NCBI GenBank assembly: GCA_035286705.1
Contig: DATECW010000030.1
Coordinates: forward strand, 1-63,864
Reading direction: 5' to 3'
From: Bacteroidota bacterium
GTDB lineage: Bacteria > Bacteroidota > Ignavibacteria > UBA10030
DNA length: 63,864 bases
Positions 8,499 to 18,959 of this stretch are shown one piece after another. The notes beneath the pieces are model-generated. The model was not told the origin of the DNA. It saw nothing but the letters and a program-made list of their open reading frames with translations, and did no database searches. The number at the start of each line of letters is the position of its first letter. The first letter of the stretch is position 1. A program made the translations under genes and the position numbers.

Positions 8499-8939
8499 AT
8501 GAAGTACACGAACGAGGTCATCATCAATCTGCCTGTTCGGAAGGTGGTCCAGCTTTTCGACAATCCCGATAACATGAAGAAATGGATGCCTGGATTGCTG
8601 AGCTTTGAACCCATAAGCGGAAAGCCGGGTCAACCGGGGGCAAAGTCGCGGCTGAAATTCAAGATGAAGAATCGGGACGTAGAACTCATAGAAACGGTGA
8701 CAGCCAGAAACCTGCCTGAAGAATTCTCTGGGACATATGAGTGGAAAGGCATGTTCAACATTGTCAAGAACAAGTTCATATCGATTGACGAAAACACGAC
8801 CCGACATGTTGCGGAAAATGAATTTCAATTTAGTGGAATGATGAAACTGTTCGGGTTGGTGATGACCGGCGCGTTCAAGAAGCGGTCACAGGAATATTTG
8901 GATTTGTTCAAATCGTTTGCGGAGAAGGAGGGGAAGTGA
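8499..8939 (+). CDS. SRPBCC (START/polyketide cyclase-like) domain protein
   Basis: MKYTNEVIINLPVRKVVQLFDNPDNMKKWMPGL... is a typical SRPBCC N-terminus. Size 146 aa. Confidence 0.7.
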   Translation: MKYTNEVIINLPVRKVVQLFDNPDNMKKWMPGLLSFEPISGKPGQPGAKSRLKFKMKNRDVELIETVTARNLPEEFSGTYEWKGMFNIVKNKFISIDENTTRHVAENEFQFSGMMKLFGLVMTGAFKKRSQEYLDLFKSFAEKEGK

Positions 8940-9015
8940 GTGATGGAGTATATGAGTAGTGGAGTATGTTGACATTCCGCAGCGATTTCTGTAGTTTTTC
9001 AACGCCTCGTGTCGC

Positions 9016-10101
9016 ATGTCTTTCAATCCTCACCATCTCTATGGAGCGATAATGCTGACCATTCGTACTTCTGCGGCAATTGTCATCCTTGCAGTTTTGT
9101 TCTCATCCTGTTCACCGCGAGATTCGAAACCTTTATATTTTCAAAAAGATGAATCCGCTGCAGTCCAAGCAGGCGGCGTGCGGATCATCCCTATCGAAAC
9201 ACCCAAGGGCTCATTCAACGTCTGGACGAAACGGTTCGGAAACAATCCCAGGATCAAGGTGCTTCTCCTCCATGGCGGGCCGGGTGCAACACACGAGTAT
9301 TTCGAATGCTTCGAGAGTTTTCTGCCGCACGAGGGAATCGAATTCATCTATTACGATCAATTGGGATCCGCGTATTCCGATCAACCGAAAGACACAGATC
9401 TCTGGCAAACAGATCGTTTTGTCGAAGAGGTAGAGCAGGTACGACGGGCTCTGGACCTCGACAGCACCAATTTCTATCTTCTGGGACACTCCTGGGGAGG
9501 AATTCTCGCCATGGAATATTCCCTGAAATATCAAGGCAACTTGAAAGGTTTGATTATCTCAAACATGATGGCAAGCGCGCCTGAGTACGATGCCTATGCA
9601 GACAATGTGCTGGCGAAACAAATGGATCCTGAAGTCCTGAAGGAAGTGAGGAACCTTGAGGCAAAGAAGGACTTCAAGAATCCACGCTACATGGAAATTT
9701 TGGTGTCGCATTTCTACACAAAACACATCCTCCGAATGAGTCCGGAAACATGGCCCGATCCCGTGAATCGTGCCTTCGCGAAAATGAACCAGGATGTGTA
9801 CGTGATCATGCAAGGGCCGAGTGAATTCGGGCTTTCGGGAAGATTGGAACAGTGGGATAGGAAGGCCGACTTAAAGAACATCACTGTGCCTACCCTTGTC
9901 ATTGGCGCCCAACATGACACTATGGATCCCGAACATATGAAATGGATGTCGACGCAGGTTCAGAACGGAAGTTATTTGTATTGTCCGAATGGAAGTCATA
10001 TGGATATGTATGATGATCAGGAGACATACTTTGCCGGGCTCATCAGGTTCCTCAAAGAGACCGACGCGGGAAAGATGAAAACCACCTTCGACGGCAAGTA
10101 G
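9016..10101 (+). CDS. proline iminopeptidase-family alpha/beta hydrolase (S33), lipoprotein
   Basis: HGGPGATHEY oxyanion motif and GHSWGG nucleophile elbow. Lipobox LFSSCS; an alternative start at ATG 9052 gives a cleaner signal peptide. Confidence 0.85.
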   Translation: MSFNPHHLYGAIMLTIRTSAAIVILAVLFSSCSPRDSKPLYFQKDESAAVQAGGVRIIPIETPKGSFNVWTKRFGNNPRIKVLLLHGGPGATHEYFECFESFLPHEGIEFIYYDQLGSAYSDQPKDTDLWQTDRFVEEVEQVRRALDLDSTNFYLLGHSWGGILAMEYSLKYQGNLKGLIISNMMASAPEYDAYADNVLAKQMDPEVLKEVRNLEAKKDFKNPRYMEILVSHFYTKHILRMSPETWPDPVNRAFAKMNQDVYVIMQGPSEFGLSGRLEQWDRKADLKNITVPTLVIGAQHDTMDPEHMKWMSTQVQNGSYLYCPNGSHMDMYDDQETYFAGLIRFLKETDAGKMKTTFDGK

Positions 10102-10106
10102 TTCAC

Positions 10107-11522
10107 TTGGACATCCGAGATAACGTGAAAACGGGAAAAAGGCCTTCCCTGCTTCAAAAAGATTCGGTTGAGACCCTCGCCCGCCTGCTCGATGTGCTGG
10201 AGCAGGGGTTCGGAAATCTCCCCCCTTTTCGGCGCACTGAATCCGAGACTCCCGCTCTGATGGAAGTCCTCACTGAAGCTGCAGAGCGTCTGCAAAACAA
10301 CTTTCCCTATTTCCATCCTCTCTACGCCGGCCAGATGCTGAAGCCGCCCCATCCCGTCGCGCGCCTCGCCTATGCCCTCGCCATGTATATCAATCCCAAC
10401 AACCACGCGCTGGACGGCGGTCGTGCCAGTTCGGCGATGGAGAAAGAGGCGGTCGCTCACATCGCCAACATGATCGGCTGGGATATTCACCTCGGTCACC
10501 TTACAGGGGGCGGCACCATGGCGAATCTCGAGGCGCTTTGGGTCTCGGGGCAATTGAATCCCGGAAAGACGATTCTGGCTTCAGAACAGGCGCACTACAC
10601 ACACGGTCGGATTACCGGCGTCCTTGGGCTTTCTTTTGAGTTTGTACCGAGCGATCGGCGGGGCCGCATGGATGCCGACGCCCTGGAAACTCGATTGAAG
10701 AAAGGCGGAGTTGGGACCGTTGTGGCGACAATCGGGACGACGGCAACAGGAGCTGTGGATCCGCTCCCGGAGATTCTCGCGTTGAGGGAACGCTATGGCT
10801 TTCGCCTTCATGCTGACGCCGCATACGGCGGCTATTTTCGGCTCGCCGGCAATCTGTCCACCGATACAACGAAAACGTTTGAACGCCTGGGAGAAGCGGA
10901 TTCGATCGTCATCGATCCCCACAAACACGGCCTCCAGCCGTACGGCTGCGGGTGTGTCATTTTTCGCGATCCCACTGTCGGGCGATTCTACAAGCACGAT
11001 TCCCCCTACACGTATTTCAGTTCCCACGAACTTCATCTCGGGGAAATCAGTCTTGAATGTTCGCGTCCCGGCGCATCGGCTGTAGCCCTCTGGGCAACTC
11101 ACAGGCTGCTGCCGCTCAAACGCGGCGGTGACTTCGCAAAAATGCTTGAACGCTCCCGCAAGGCCGCCCTTTCGCTGTATCGCAAGATTCAATCCGCCAA
11201 ACGATTCGTCGCATCCTTCCCGCCGGAACTGGATATCCTTGTCTGGATTCCCGTCGCTCCAACCGTCAGCAAGGTCTCCTCTTTGTCGCGCTCCGTTTTT
11301 GATGAGGCCGCCAGGAACAATCTCCATCTTGCTCTGGCAGAACTGCCGACGAAGTTCTTTGACCTTCAGTCCGCCGGAATTCAACCAGATCGCGACACTA
11401 TCACATGTTTGCGTTCCGTGCTCATGAAACCGGAGCATCTCGAATGGGTTGATCGGATTTGGGAGATTCTTGAGCTTTCAGCTGAAGGGGTATTCCGACT
11501 CCATGAAGTCAGTGAAGCCTAG
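10107..11522 (+). CDS. PLP-dependent group II amino-acid decarboxylase family protein
   Basis: ...GGTMANLEAL..., HADAAYGG, and SIVIDPHKHGLQPYGCG with the PLP-lysine context. TTG start at 10107. Confidence 0.8.
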   Translation: MDIRDNVKTGKRPSLLQKDSVETLARLLDVLEQGFGNLPPFRRTESETPALMEVLTEAAERLQNNFPYFHPLYAGQMLKPPHPVARLAYALAMYINPNNHALDGGRASSAMEKEAVAHIANMIGWDIHLGHLTGGGTMANLEALWVSGQLNPGKTILASEQAHYTHGRITGVLGLSFEFVPSDRRGRMDADALETRLKKGGVGTVVATIGTTATGAVDPLPEILALRERYGFRLHADAAYGGYFRLAGNLSTDTTKTFERLGEADSIVIDPHKHGLQPYGCGCVIFRDPTVGRFYKHDSPYTYFSSHELHLGEISLECSRPGASAVALWATHRLLPLKRGGDFAKMLERSRKAALSLYRKIQSAKRFVASFPPELDILVWIPVAPTVSKVSSLSRSVFDEAARNNLHLALAELPTKFFDLQSAGIQPDRDTITCLRSVLMKPEHLEWVDRIWEILELSAEGVFRLHEVSEA

Positions 11523-11622
11523 CTTCATCCCCGGCCTTTGGTACCGATCTGATCCACGTTGATTCACCCACAATTCTCGTTATCTTTCTGCCGTCCTTTT
11601 CATTCAATCGGGAAAGATTTCC

Positions 11623-13863
11623 ATGAGCCGCATTGATATTCGATTCCGCCTCTCTTTTCTTCTGGCCGTTTTGTCCATCGATGTTGCAGCAAGCCAGACG
11701 ATCGATGTCTACAGCCGCCCCGTCCAGAAAGAGCGAACCCGCGAGTTCGATGCCCTTCATTATCATATTGAAATCTCGCTCGATGACAAGACGAATTCTT
11801 TTGAAGGCGCGACCACGGTGAGTCTGCTTCCCTTCGAGGACGGCTTCAGGCGCGCCACGCTTCATGCCGGGATGTACACGGTGAGCCGTGTCGAAAACAA
11901 AGACGGCCAGCTTCTATCATTTGACCAGCAACCGGACAAGCTCACTGTCTCTTTTCCGAAGGCATACAGCCCATTTGAAATCGTTCAGTTCACAGTCTAT
12001 TATGAGGCGAAGAACCTGACCGATTCCACAGGCCAGACACGCGGGATAAATTTCATGCCGGCCAACGCACGCCACCCCGCTCAGATCTTCACACAATCAT
12101 TTCCCCGCGGAGCCAGGAACTGGTTTCCTTGCTACGACGAGCCAAACGACAAAGCCACGATGGACATTATCGCCACCGTCCGCAGCGATTATGAACTGCT
12201 TTCAAATGGAAGGCTGGTTGCCGTGTTGGAAAACAAGAGTGAGAAGACAAAGACCTTCTACTGGTCACAGGAGCTCCCTCACTCCACCTACCTCTCGGTC
12301 ATCATGGCCGCCCCCTACACGGTTGTCCGGGACTCGCTGGGTCCTCTCCCCGTGAACTATTGGGTGTACCCGAGCGACGTGAAGTACGTCGCGAGCACGT
12401 TCCCCCGCACGCCGGAGATTATCGCGCTGTTCAACAAGGAATATGGATTCGATTATCCCTGGGCAAAGTACGATCAAGCCACGATTGCGGGAATCGGGGG
12501 AGGGGCCGAATGCACTTCAGCATCGGAACTGGGTGAAGGAGTGATGCACGACGAGCGGGCGGTGCAGGATTTTTCCGGATACGGATGGCTCATCTGTCAT
12601 GAAGCCGCGCACCAATGGTGGGGAGATCTGATTACCTGCCGCGACTGGACTCACACATGGCTGAACGAGAGCTTTGGAACGTATTCGGAAGTGATGTTCG
12701 CCCTGCATGATAAGGGAGAAAACGACGCAGCTGTGAATGTTCTCGGAAAGAAAAACGATTACCTGCGAGAAGCCCACACGCGCTATATGCGCCCAATCGT
12801 ATTCGATCGATGGAACCAGCCAAACGACAATTTCGACCGGCACACCTACCAAAAAGGGGCCGTTCTCATCCATCATTTCCGATGGCTTCTCGGTGAGAAG
12901 GACTTTCATTCCGTCATGGCCAGTTTTCTGAAAAAATACGCTTACAAGGCGGCGGACACGAAGAATTTCATGGCCGTGGTTAATGAAGTCACGGGAAAGA
13001 ACATGGACTGGTTTTTCGAGGATTGGTTTTTCCGGCCGGGTCATCCGGTCTTTGACGTGAGGTATCAGTGGAACGAACGAAAGAACATGATCCACCTGAC
13101 AGTGAACCAGATTCAGGATACGGCCAACGGGAGACCCGTTTTTCGGAGTCCCCTGGACATCAAGATCGTCGATACAAAGGGATTACGAATCCATCATGTG
13201 ACGCTCCAGAAGCGAAACGAAACGTTTGAGCTCCCGTCAAAAGGAAAACCTTTGCTCGTGCGATTTGATGAGGGAAATCATTTGCTCAAGGAGTGGACAT
13301 TTGAGAAAACAACGGATGAGCTGTTGTATCAGCTGAACAACGATGATGTGACAGGGAGAATGTGGGCCATTGAACAGTTGGTTGACAGAGAAGATAAACG
13401 GATTTTCGGTGCACTCAAGGAAGCGGCAATGAATGACTCATTCTGGTCGGTTCGTCGCGATGCGCTGTACCGTCTGGCGGGATTTCGGGGAGTTGTCCAA
13501 ATGGACCTTGACCGCGGGCTCATCCCGCAGAGCAGACTCGACAGCGTGCACATGATTCCAGGCATCGATCGCTCGTCAATGCTGGCATTATTCAAAAGAA
13601 TGGCCGTTGACCCTCATTCCCAGGTGCGTGCTGCAGCCGTGTATGGACTCGGAAACCTGCAGGCCCGTGAAGAGATCGCTTTTTTGAAGAATCGGTATCG
13701 GAAGGATGACAGCTACGTGGCGCAGGGAGCGATTCTTCGAGCCCTCGGGAAATGCGGGGACAAGTCTGTGATCGATCTGCTGAACGAGGCATCTCAATCG
13801 GATTCTCCGCGGAATGTTCTCAGGAACGCGGCACAATGGGCACTCGCCCAGCTGGGCTCATGA
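11623..13863 (+). CDS. M1-family zinc aminopeptidase with C-terminal HEAT-like repeats
   Basis: HEAAHQWWGD...WLNESFGTY (HExxH-x18-E). Signal peptide. C-terminal repeats SFWSVRRDALYRL and HSQVRAAAVYGLGNL. Confidence 0.85.
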   Translation: MSRIDIRFRLSFLLAVLSIDVAASQTIDVYSRPVQKERTREFDALHYHIEISLDDKTNSFEGATTVSLLPFEDGFRRATLHAGMYTVSRVENKDGQLLSFDQQPDKLTVSFPKAYSPFEIVQFTVYYEAKNLTDSTGQTRGINFMPANARHPAQIFTQSFPRGARNWFPCYDEPNDKATMDIIATVRSDYELLSNGRLVAVLENKSEKTKTFYWSQELPHSTYLSVIMAAPYTVVRDSLGPLPVNYWVYPSDVKYVASTFPRTPEIIALFNKEYGFDYPWAKYDQATIAGIGGGAECTSASELGEGVMHDERAVQDFSGYGWLICHEAAHQWWGDLITCRDWTHTWLNESFGTYSEVMFALHDKGENDAAVNVLGKKNDYLREAHTRYMRPIVFDRWNQPNDNFDRHTYQKGAVLIHHFRWLLGEKDFHSVMASFLKKYAYKAADTKNFMAVVNEVTGKNMDWFFEDWFFRPGHPVFDVRYQWNERKNMIHLTVNQIQDTANGRPVFRSPLDIKIVDTKGLRIHHVTLQKRNETFELPSKGKPLLVRFDEGNHLLKEWTFEKTTDELLYQLNNDDVTGRMWAIEQLVDREDKRIFGALKEAAMNDSFWSVRRDALYRLAGFRGVVQMDLDRGLIPQSRLDSVHMIPGIDRSSMLALFKRMAVDPHSQVRAAAVYGLGNLQAREEIAFLKNRYRKDDSYVAQGAILRALGKCGDKSVIDLLNEASQSDSPRNVLRNAAQWALAQLGS

Positions 13864-13934
13864 CAAAGCAAGAATAATCCGGCCTTTTCCACGCCCGCCG
13901 GTGGAATAGCGGGGCGCCCACCGACGAACCTTTT

Positions 13935-14792
13935 TCATCTCTTCAAAAACTCACTCCGCAGTTGTGTGTAGACTTCCGCCAGCTGATCGATTTCTTTTTC
14001 ATATTCGTGCAGATTGATCTCCCCTTTAAGCGCTCCACCAGCTTTTTCATCCAGGTCGTCCAGAAGACGGACCCATTCCTTCCAGGCAGGGAGTTTGTCC
14101 AACCGGTTTGGATACAAACGGTTGAATTCCTCGACCATGTAATGCTGCGTGCGGTTGATCGAGAAAGATCCTTTTTCGTCTGCCGCAAAGACAACAAAGG
14201 GAACGATCATATCCTCGGAAATCGGATCGAGCGTGAATCGTTTGCCAAATCCGGCGCGTGCCTCCAACCATTCCCTTGTCCCGACGATCCCGATGGAGGG
14301 ATCTGCCGGAAACCACTCACCGGCCTTGGCGTCAAAGATTTCGATCCAAACGTGATCATTATGATGACGGCCAAAAACCGAAAAACGAAGCCCTTTCTGT
14401 TTTACCATGTCATGTGCAGTGACACCTCGTTGGGGCGTTTCCTTGTGGATATTGATCTCCCGAACCCGCCTCATTCTCATGTTCATTTCCTTCATCGCGG
14501 CCACCGCCACCATGGCAAGTTCGTTGCAGTTTCCTCCCCCCCGGTCGATGATCTCCTGAACCGTCCGTTGTTTGTAGTCCGTCGACTTCCATTCGAAGTG
14601 TTCGGCAAGCCACTTGACAATCATTTGCGCCTGCCCAAGCTCTGATTCTGCCTCCTTCGAGACCTCGCGCGCAAACGCTTTCAGGTCCGCTTTCGCCAGG
14701 CCATAGAGGTCCCGATCCCGTGCGGACTGAAGTTGTTCCTGGGCGCAGGCCACACCCGCCAGGACCATAAATGCCAGAAGTGAATTCATCAT
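13935..14792 (-). CDS. transglutaminase-like cysteine protease-fold protein, secreted
   Basis: ORF trimmed to the ATG at 14792, after an AAGGAAAAGGA-type SD. Signal MMNSLLAFMVLAGVACAQ. Cys-His-Asp context GGGNCNELA...HVWIEIF...FPADP. Confidence 0.7.
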   Translation of the reverse strand: MMNSLLAFMVLAGVACAQEQLQSARDRDLYGLAKADLKAFAREVSKEAESELGQAQMIVKWLAEHFEWKSTDYKQRTVQEIIDRGGGNCNELAMVAVAAMKEMNMRMRRVREINIHKETPQRGVTAHDMVKQKGLRFSVFGRHHNDHVWIEIFDAKAGEWFPADPSIGIVGTREWLEARAGFGKRFTLDPISEDMIVPFVVFAADEKGSFSINRTQHYMVEEFNRLYPNRLDKLPAWKEWVRLLDDLDEKAGGALKGEINLHEYEKEIDQLAEVYTQLRSEFLKR

Positions 14793-14918
14793 CCTTTTCC
14801 TTGACCCAGTTTCACTTCTTAGACCTGCTTTTCCGGAAAACGTTGTGAGTGGAACCCCCGAGAAAGAGAAGGGGGTGACGGGAAACAATAAATTCTCAGG
14901 ACCGTTTTGAAATGAGTT

Positions 14919-17720
14919 CTATTCCTTCTTCTGTTTCTGGTCCTCGATCCTGTATTCTTTTTTTTCCTTTTGGTCCTTCACCATGTCTTGAGGATTGTCA
15001 ATACCGGGCGATTCCCTCATCGCTTTCCAGTCGAACTCCTCATCAAGGGGCGTGAGGGCCTTTTGAGGATCGAAAATTCTCGGATCGGCAGGAAGAGCGG
15101 TATAGGGGGTAAAATCCGGGCTCTCAGTAAACATATCTGAAAGGTCTGTGGCGCCGGCGTCGTACTGGTTCAGATAGGGCAAGCCGAGAATATTGAAGAA
15201 CGTTTTGAAGATACTCCCAAAACTGTAATGGACCTTGCTGACGTAATTGCGTTTCGCATAGGGTGAAACAACCATGAGGATACTCCGGTGTGCGTCAATG
15301 TGATCGACGCCGTTCTGTGCGTCATCCTCCGTGATCACGATTGCCATGTTGTTCCAATACTTCGTATGAGACAGGAATTCCACAATCCTTCCGACGGCAA
15401 GGTCGTTATCCACCATGTAACTTTCACGGAACGGATAACCCGCCTGCGGCCTCTCGCCCGCCCCGTGATCGTTCGGAATAATGACGGTGAGTACCTGAGG
15501 CAGGGACGATCCTCCTTCACCCCATTTCTCATTGAACTCCCTGATGAACAGGCTCACGCGGAACTGATCCGGGATAGCCATATTGTAGGTGGGATAGATT
15601 CTCGACGTTCGATCAAACATCGGCGCGGGAACAGGATAGTTGACGAAGTGTCGCACCCCCGCCTTCTTGAACGTTTCGTTGTAGAACGCCGGTTCGAACA
15701 TCAGTCCAAAGCCGAAGTTGAAGAAATCGACGTCGTTCCTGTCCATGTGTTCCCAAAGAGATCCCGCCTCGTTGTAGTCCTCCGGATAGATGGCTCCTGC
15801 CGAGCCGGTCATTGCCAGGCTCCCGGGCGCTTTGAGATTGGCTCGATATGATCTGTTTTCACCGTAGCTTGCAGGAGCTGTCGTTTCAACCCACTCGTTT
15901 GGATAGGTGTTCACGAGCCAGCGATGTCCATCTGCTGAAACATCGGAGTCGACATAGAAATTATCCGCAATCGAAAACCGCCGCGCGAGTTTCAGGTGGT
16001 TTGCCATGACCGTTGCATCCTTCACGGTCGCCGTCTTCTTCCTATTCGAAAAGGTGACATTCTTTCCATACCGGGCGAGCGAGGCATCACCTTCCGCGTT
16101 TTCCAGCTGGCCGAAGACTTCATCATAGGTTCTGTTTTCTTTTGAGATGAACACCAGGTGCTTGATCGGCGTTTCCCGTTCACCACCATACAACGGAACG
16201 GGATTTCTTCCGCGCTCAATTCTCTTGTTATCGATCGATTCGATTTTGAAGTTGTTTGCAATGACCCGTTCCGTCAACCCGGCTAGCTCGCGGTCGGCGG
16301 GGACATCAAGCACCGAAATAGTCCCTTTCATGAGATTGCCGATATATGTTCCCTCAGGCCCGGCAACATATGTTCTTCCGCCGTTCGGCCCGCTCCCGTA
16401 TCCTTTAGCGTTCGTCACCACCAGCTTCTTCCCATCGGCGGTAACCTTGAGTTTTGCGGGGAACCACCCGACCGGCACGTGGCCGATGACGCTGAATGTC
16501 GCAAGGTCGATGATTCCCACCGCATTGATACCCGCTTCAGCGACATACAGTCTTGTTTCGTCCGGTGATACCGCAAGTCCGAAGGGAATCACACCGCGGA
16601 AATGTTTTACCGCATCATGCGGCTTCAAGGCGATCTCATGGACTATCTTGTCGTTCCGTATGTCGATGACCGAAATATTATCGTTGTTGCCGTTGCTGAC
16701 AAACACATGGGTCGATGTCGCTGCAATGGAGTTCGGACTCGATCCTCCCACTGCAGGAATCCCTTCCACTTTTTCACCGACGAGAACTCCCGTTTTGATT
16801 TTGGCTGTTACCGAAGCATTCATCGGATCCTTGACTGAAACCACCCAGACGGAAAATGATTCAGGAACATTCGGATCTCCAAGGCCCGGAACATCGAGGG
16901 AGTCAACGCGGGTGCCTTCTTCCATTTCCTCCGAACCAAACGCAAAAGGGGGAAACTTGAGTGCCTTGTCAAAGTCACGGGTTTCTTCAATCGTGCCGAT
17001 CTTTTTGTATTCGAACATTCCAACGTTGGCGACATAGACTTTGTCTTCGCTTGGCGACAAGGCGATGCCGAATGGATAACGCCCCATCGGCACACTCCTG
17101 ACCACTGATCGTTGTCTGACATTCGCGATCACAAGCCGAAAGTTTGTCTGGTCGACAGCATAGAGGTATTCGCCATTCGATGTCAGCGCCATGTCCCCGA
17201 TGTACCCGTCAGAATATCGCATGCCGTCGGCAGAAACCGAGCAATCGATCGAGTCAAGTTTGGCCCCCGTGTAAGCACTGAAGAGGTAGATCCTGTTTTC
17301 CTGTCCTCCAGCCACATAGACAATCGAACCATCCTGCGAAATGGCGAGGCCCATAAAGACAGATGCCAGAACACCCTTATCCGTTGAGGGTCCCGGAGGT
17401 ACCTGGCGGACTATCGGATCGCTTCCAAGAATGTCCCGGACAATCGAAATGGAGATGGGCGAGACTCCGGAGTTTGCTGTCACGGCGATCCCTCCGTCGC
17501 TGCTCAGAGCCAATCCAAAAGGATGCGGCGCCACTTCGATCGATCTGCCCACGGGCGTAAGAAGTCTGCCATTGGGAATGACGGTTGTCCCTTTGCGGTC
17601 TATCGTTGTGTAGGATGACCCCGCAGGGGCCGATATCATGGTGACACGATCCTGGGTGGAATTGCAGGAAAAGATCAGTGTGACAGGAAGCAGCAGAAAG
17701 ATTTGTCTCAACGTTCTCAT
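14919..17720 (-). CDS. fusion of an N-terminal YVTN/YncE-type beta-propeller with a C-terminal phosphoesterase (phospholipase C/acid phosphatase AcpA family) domain
   Basis: Lipoprotein signal (LIFSCNS). Repeated ...LYVAN/VYVAG... propeller blades. Phosphoesterase start LVFISKENRTYDEVFGQ and IIPNDHGAG. Confidence 0.8.
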   Translation of the reverse strand: MRTLRQIFLLLPVTLIFSCNSTQDRVTMISAPAGSSYTTIDRKGTTVIPNGRLLTPVGRSIEVAPHPFGLALSSDGGIAVTANSGVSPISISIVRDILGSDPIVRQVPPGPSTDKGVLASVFMGLAISQDGSIVYVAGGQENRIYLFSAYTGAKLDSIDCSVSADGMRYSDGYIGDMALTSNGEYLYAVDQTNFRLVIANVRQRSVVRSVPMGRYPFGIALSPSEDKVYVANVGMFEYKKIGTIEETRDFDKALKFPPFAFGSEEMEEGTRVDSLDVPGLGDPNVPESFSVWVVSVKDPMNASVTAKIKTGVLVGEKVEGIPAVGGSSPNSIAATSTHVFVSNGNNDNISVIDIRNDKIVHEIALKPHDAVKHFRGVIPFGLAVSPDETRLYVAEAGINAVGIIDLATFSVIGHVPVGWFPAKLKVTADGKKLVVTNAKGYGSGPNGGRTYVAGPEGTYIGNLMKGTISVLDVPADRELAGLTERVIANNFKIESIDNKRIERGRNPVPLYGGERETPIKHLVFISKENRTYDEVFGQLENAEGDASLARYGKNVTFSNRKKTATVKDATVMANHLKLARRFSIADNFYVDSDVSADGHRWLVNTYPNEWVETTAPASYGENRSYRANLKAPGSLAMTGSAGAIYPEDYNEAGSLWEHMDRNDVDFFNFGFGLMFEPAFYNETFKKAGVRHFVNYPVPAPMFDRTSRIYPTYNMAIPDQFRVSLFIREFNEKWGEGGSSLPQVLTVIIPNDHGAGERPQAGYPFRESYMVDNDLAVGRIVEFLSHTKYWNNMAIVITEDDAQNGVDHIDAHRSILMVVSPYAKRNYVSKVHYSFGSIFKTFFNILGLPYLNQYDAGATDLSDMFTESPDFTPYTALPADPRIFDPQKALTPLDEEFDWKAMRESPGIDNPQDMVKDQKEKKEYRIEDQKQKKE

Positions 17721-17864
17721 TGTCTTACCTCGGCTGTCGGTTCGCTGAAATGTAACAGGCTCTGCACGTTAATACAAGACACTTTATTCACAAAGCAAAA
17801 TAGGAATTTCTCGCGATTTCTGTTCTGCTTTTTTCACTTGAAAGCCGCCAAGCAGGTTGGTACT

Positions 17865-18842
17865 ATGAACCAGGTTCTTCTCACCAATCTGACCGGCAGG
17901 TGCTTTGTGAAACACAAGAACTTCATTGGTTGGACAGCCGTTTCGATCTCAACGCTCTTTGCTTCCCTGTGGGCATTTTGGGGCGCAATCGAGAATTTTC
18001 ATGAGGGATGGTATTTCGAATCGTTCTGGGAGAATGTTGCCCTCATGTTTGTTCAGTACGTTCCCTGGTCTCTTGGATTTGTCGTGCTTGGGATTGTCTC
18101 TCTCCGTTGGCCGCGCATAGGAGGGAGTATCTTCATTCTCATCGGAATTCTTCTTCCGACACTTCTCATACGGACCTTTGCCGCTGTTTTCTTCATTGCG
18201 TTGCCGCTAGGGACAGTCGGTCTCCTCTTTTGGTTCGGGCAGCCTGAACCAGGAATCTGGGCCTATCGAACCGTCGTCGGAGTTCCCCTCGCCGTCCTCA
18301 TCGGATTCAGCATTGAACCTGCGTATCGGGTCTCAGGACGGGTTGACGACGGACACTATGGAGCTCGCATCATTGAAGGAAATGGAGTCACATTGCTGTG
18401 GGCTCCGGAAGGACCGGGTTGGCCAGCTCACTGGAGTCAGTTCAAAGCGGGCACATGGGACAGTGCGATGAAAGTTTGCCGGTATCTCACCGAGGATGGC
18501 ACTGCATTGGCTGACACGGCCGTCAATTTCTGGAGACTTCCCACGGTTGACGAAGCCGTGCGATCGCTGGTTCGGCACGGGACAAACGCGGGCGGCACGT
18601 GGGAACCATCATCGCGCGAACCGTCCTACGAAGTCATACCGGACAAAGAGTCTCCGCTGTGGAAAGTCCATTCGCCCATGATCTACTGGTGGACTTCAAC
18701 TGAGGTGAATGACTCGGTGGCGTATCGGATTGCCTACAACGGCGGAGTCCACGCCATGCCAAAGAAGATTCGGATGGGTGATTTTGGATTTCGGGCGGTG
18801 CGAACTGTGACGCCGTCACCTCCAGAGGTCGGCGTCCGTTGA
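17865..18842 (+). CDS. membrane protein (N-terminal multi-TM region) with a C-terminal DUF1566 (Lcl C-terminal-like) domain
   Basis: ORF 17703..18842 trimmed to the ATG at 17865. TM helices in the first ~180 aa. C-terminal FWRLPTVDEAVRSL...YWWTS...FGFRAVR pattern. Confidence 0.6.
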   Translation: MNQVLLTNLTGRCFVKHKNFIGWTAVSISTLFASLWAFWGAIENFHEGWYFESFWENVALMFVQYVPWSLGFVVLGIVSLRWPRIGGSIFILIGILLPTLLIRTFAAVFFIALPLGTVGLLFWFGQPEPGIWAYRTVVGVPLAVLIGFSIEPAYRVSGRVDDGHYGARIIEGNGVTLLWAPEGPGWPAHWSQFKAGTWDSAMKVCRYLTEDGTALADTAVNFWRLPTVDEAVRSLVRHGTNAGGTWEPSSREPSYEVIPDKESPLWKVHSPMIYWWTSTEVNDSVAYRIAYNGGVHAMPKKIRMGDFGFRAVRTVTPSPPEVGVR

Positions 18843-18959
18843 AAACCCCGCAAGAGAGCCCACAGCCATCCCACCCGGAGGTAGGTCGGTGTTTGCGCCG
18901 ACTTCCGGGCAAACATGTCGCTATGACAGCGACCCACCAGATGAAAAGGAGGATGATTG

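Noticed and set aside
16147-17037. Long ORFs antisense to or overlapping strong genes (for example 16147-17037+, 47064-47918+, 44649-45368+, 45517-46245+, 48033-48620+, 10581-11438-, 5042-5845-, 42564-43190-, 54914-55816-)
   Set aside because: Each lies inside a gene with clear family motifs on the other strand or frame. Their translations are Arg/Ser/Pro-rich with no motifs. They are typical shadow ORFs.
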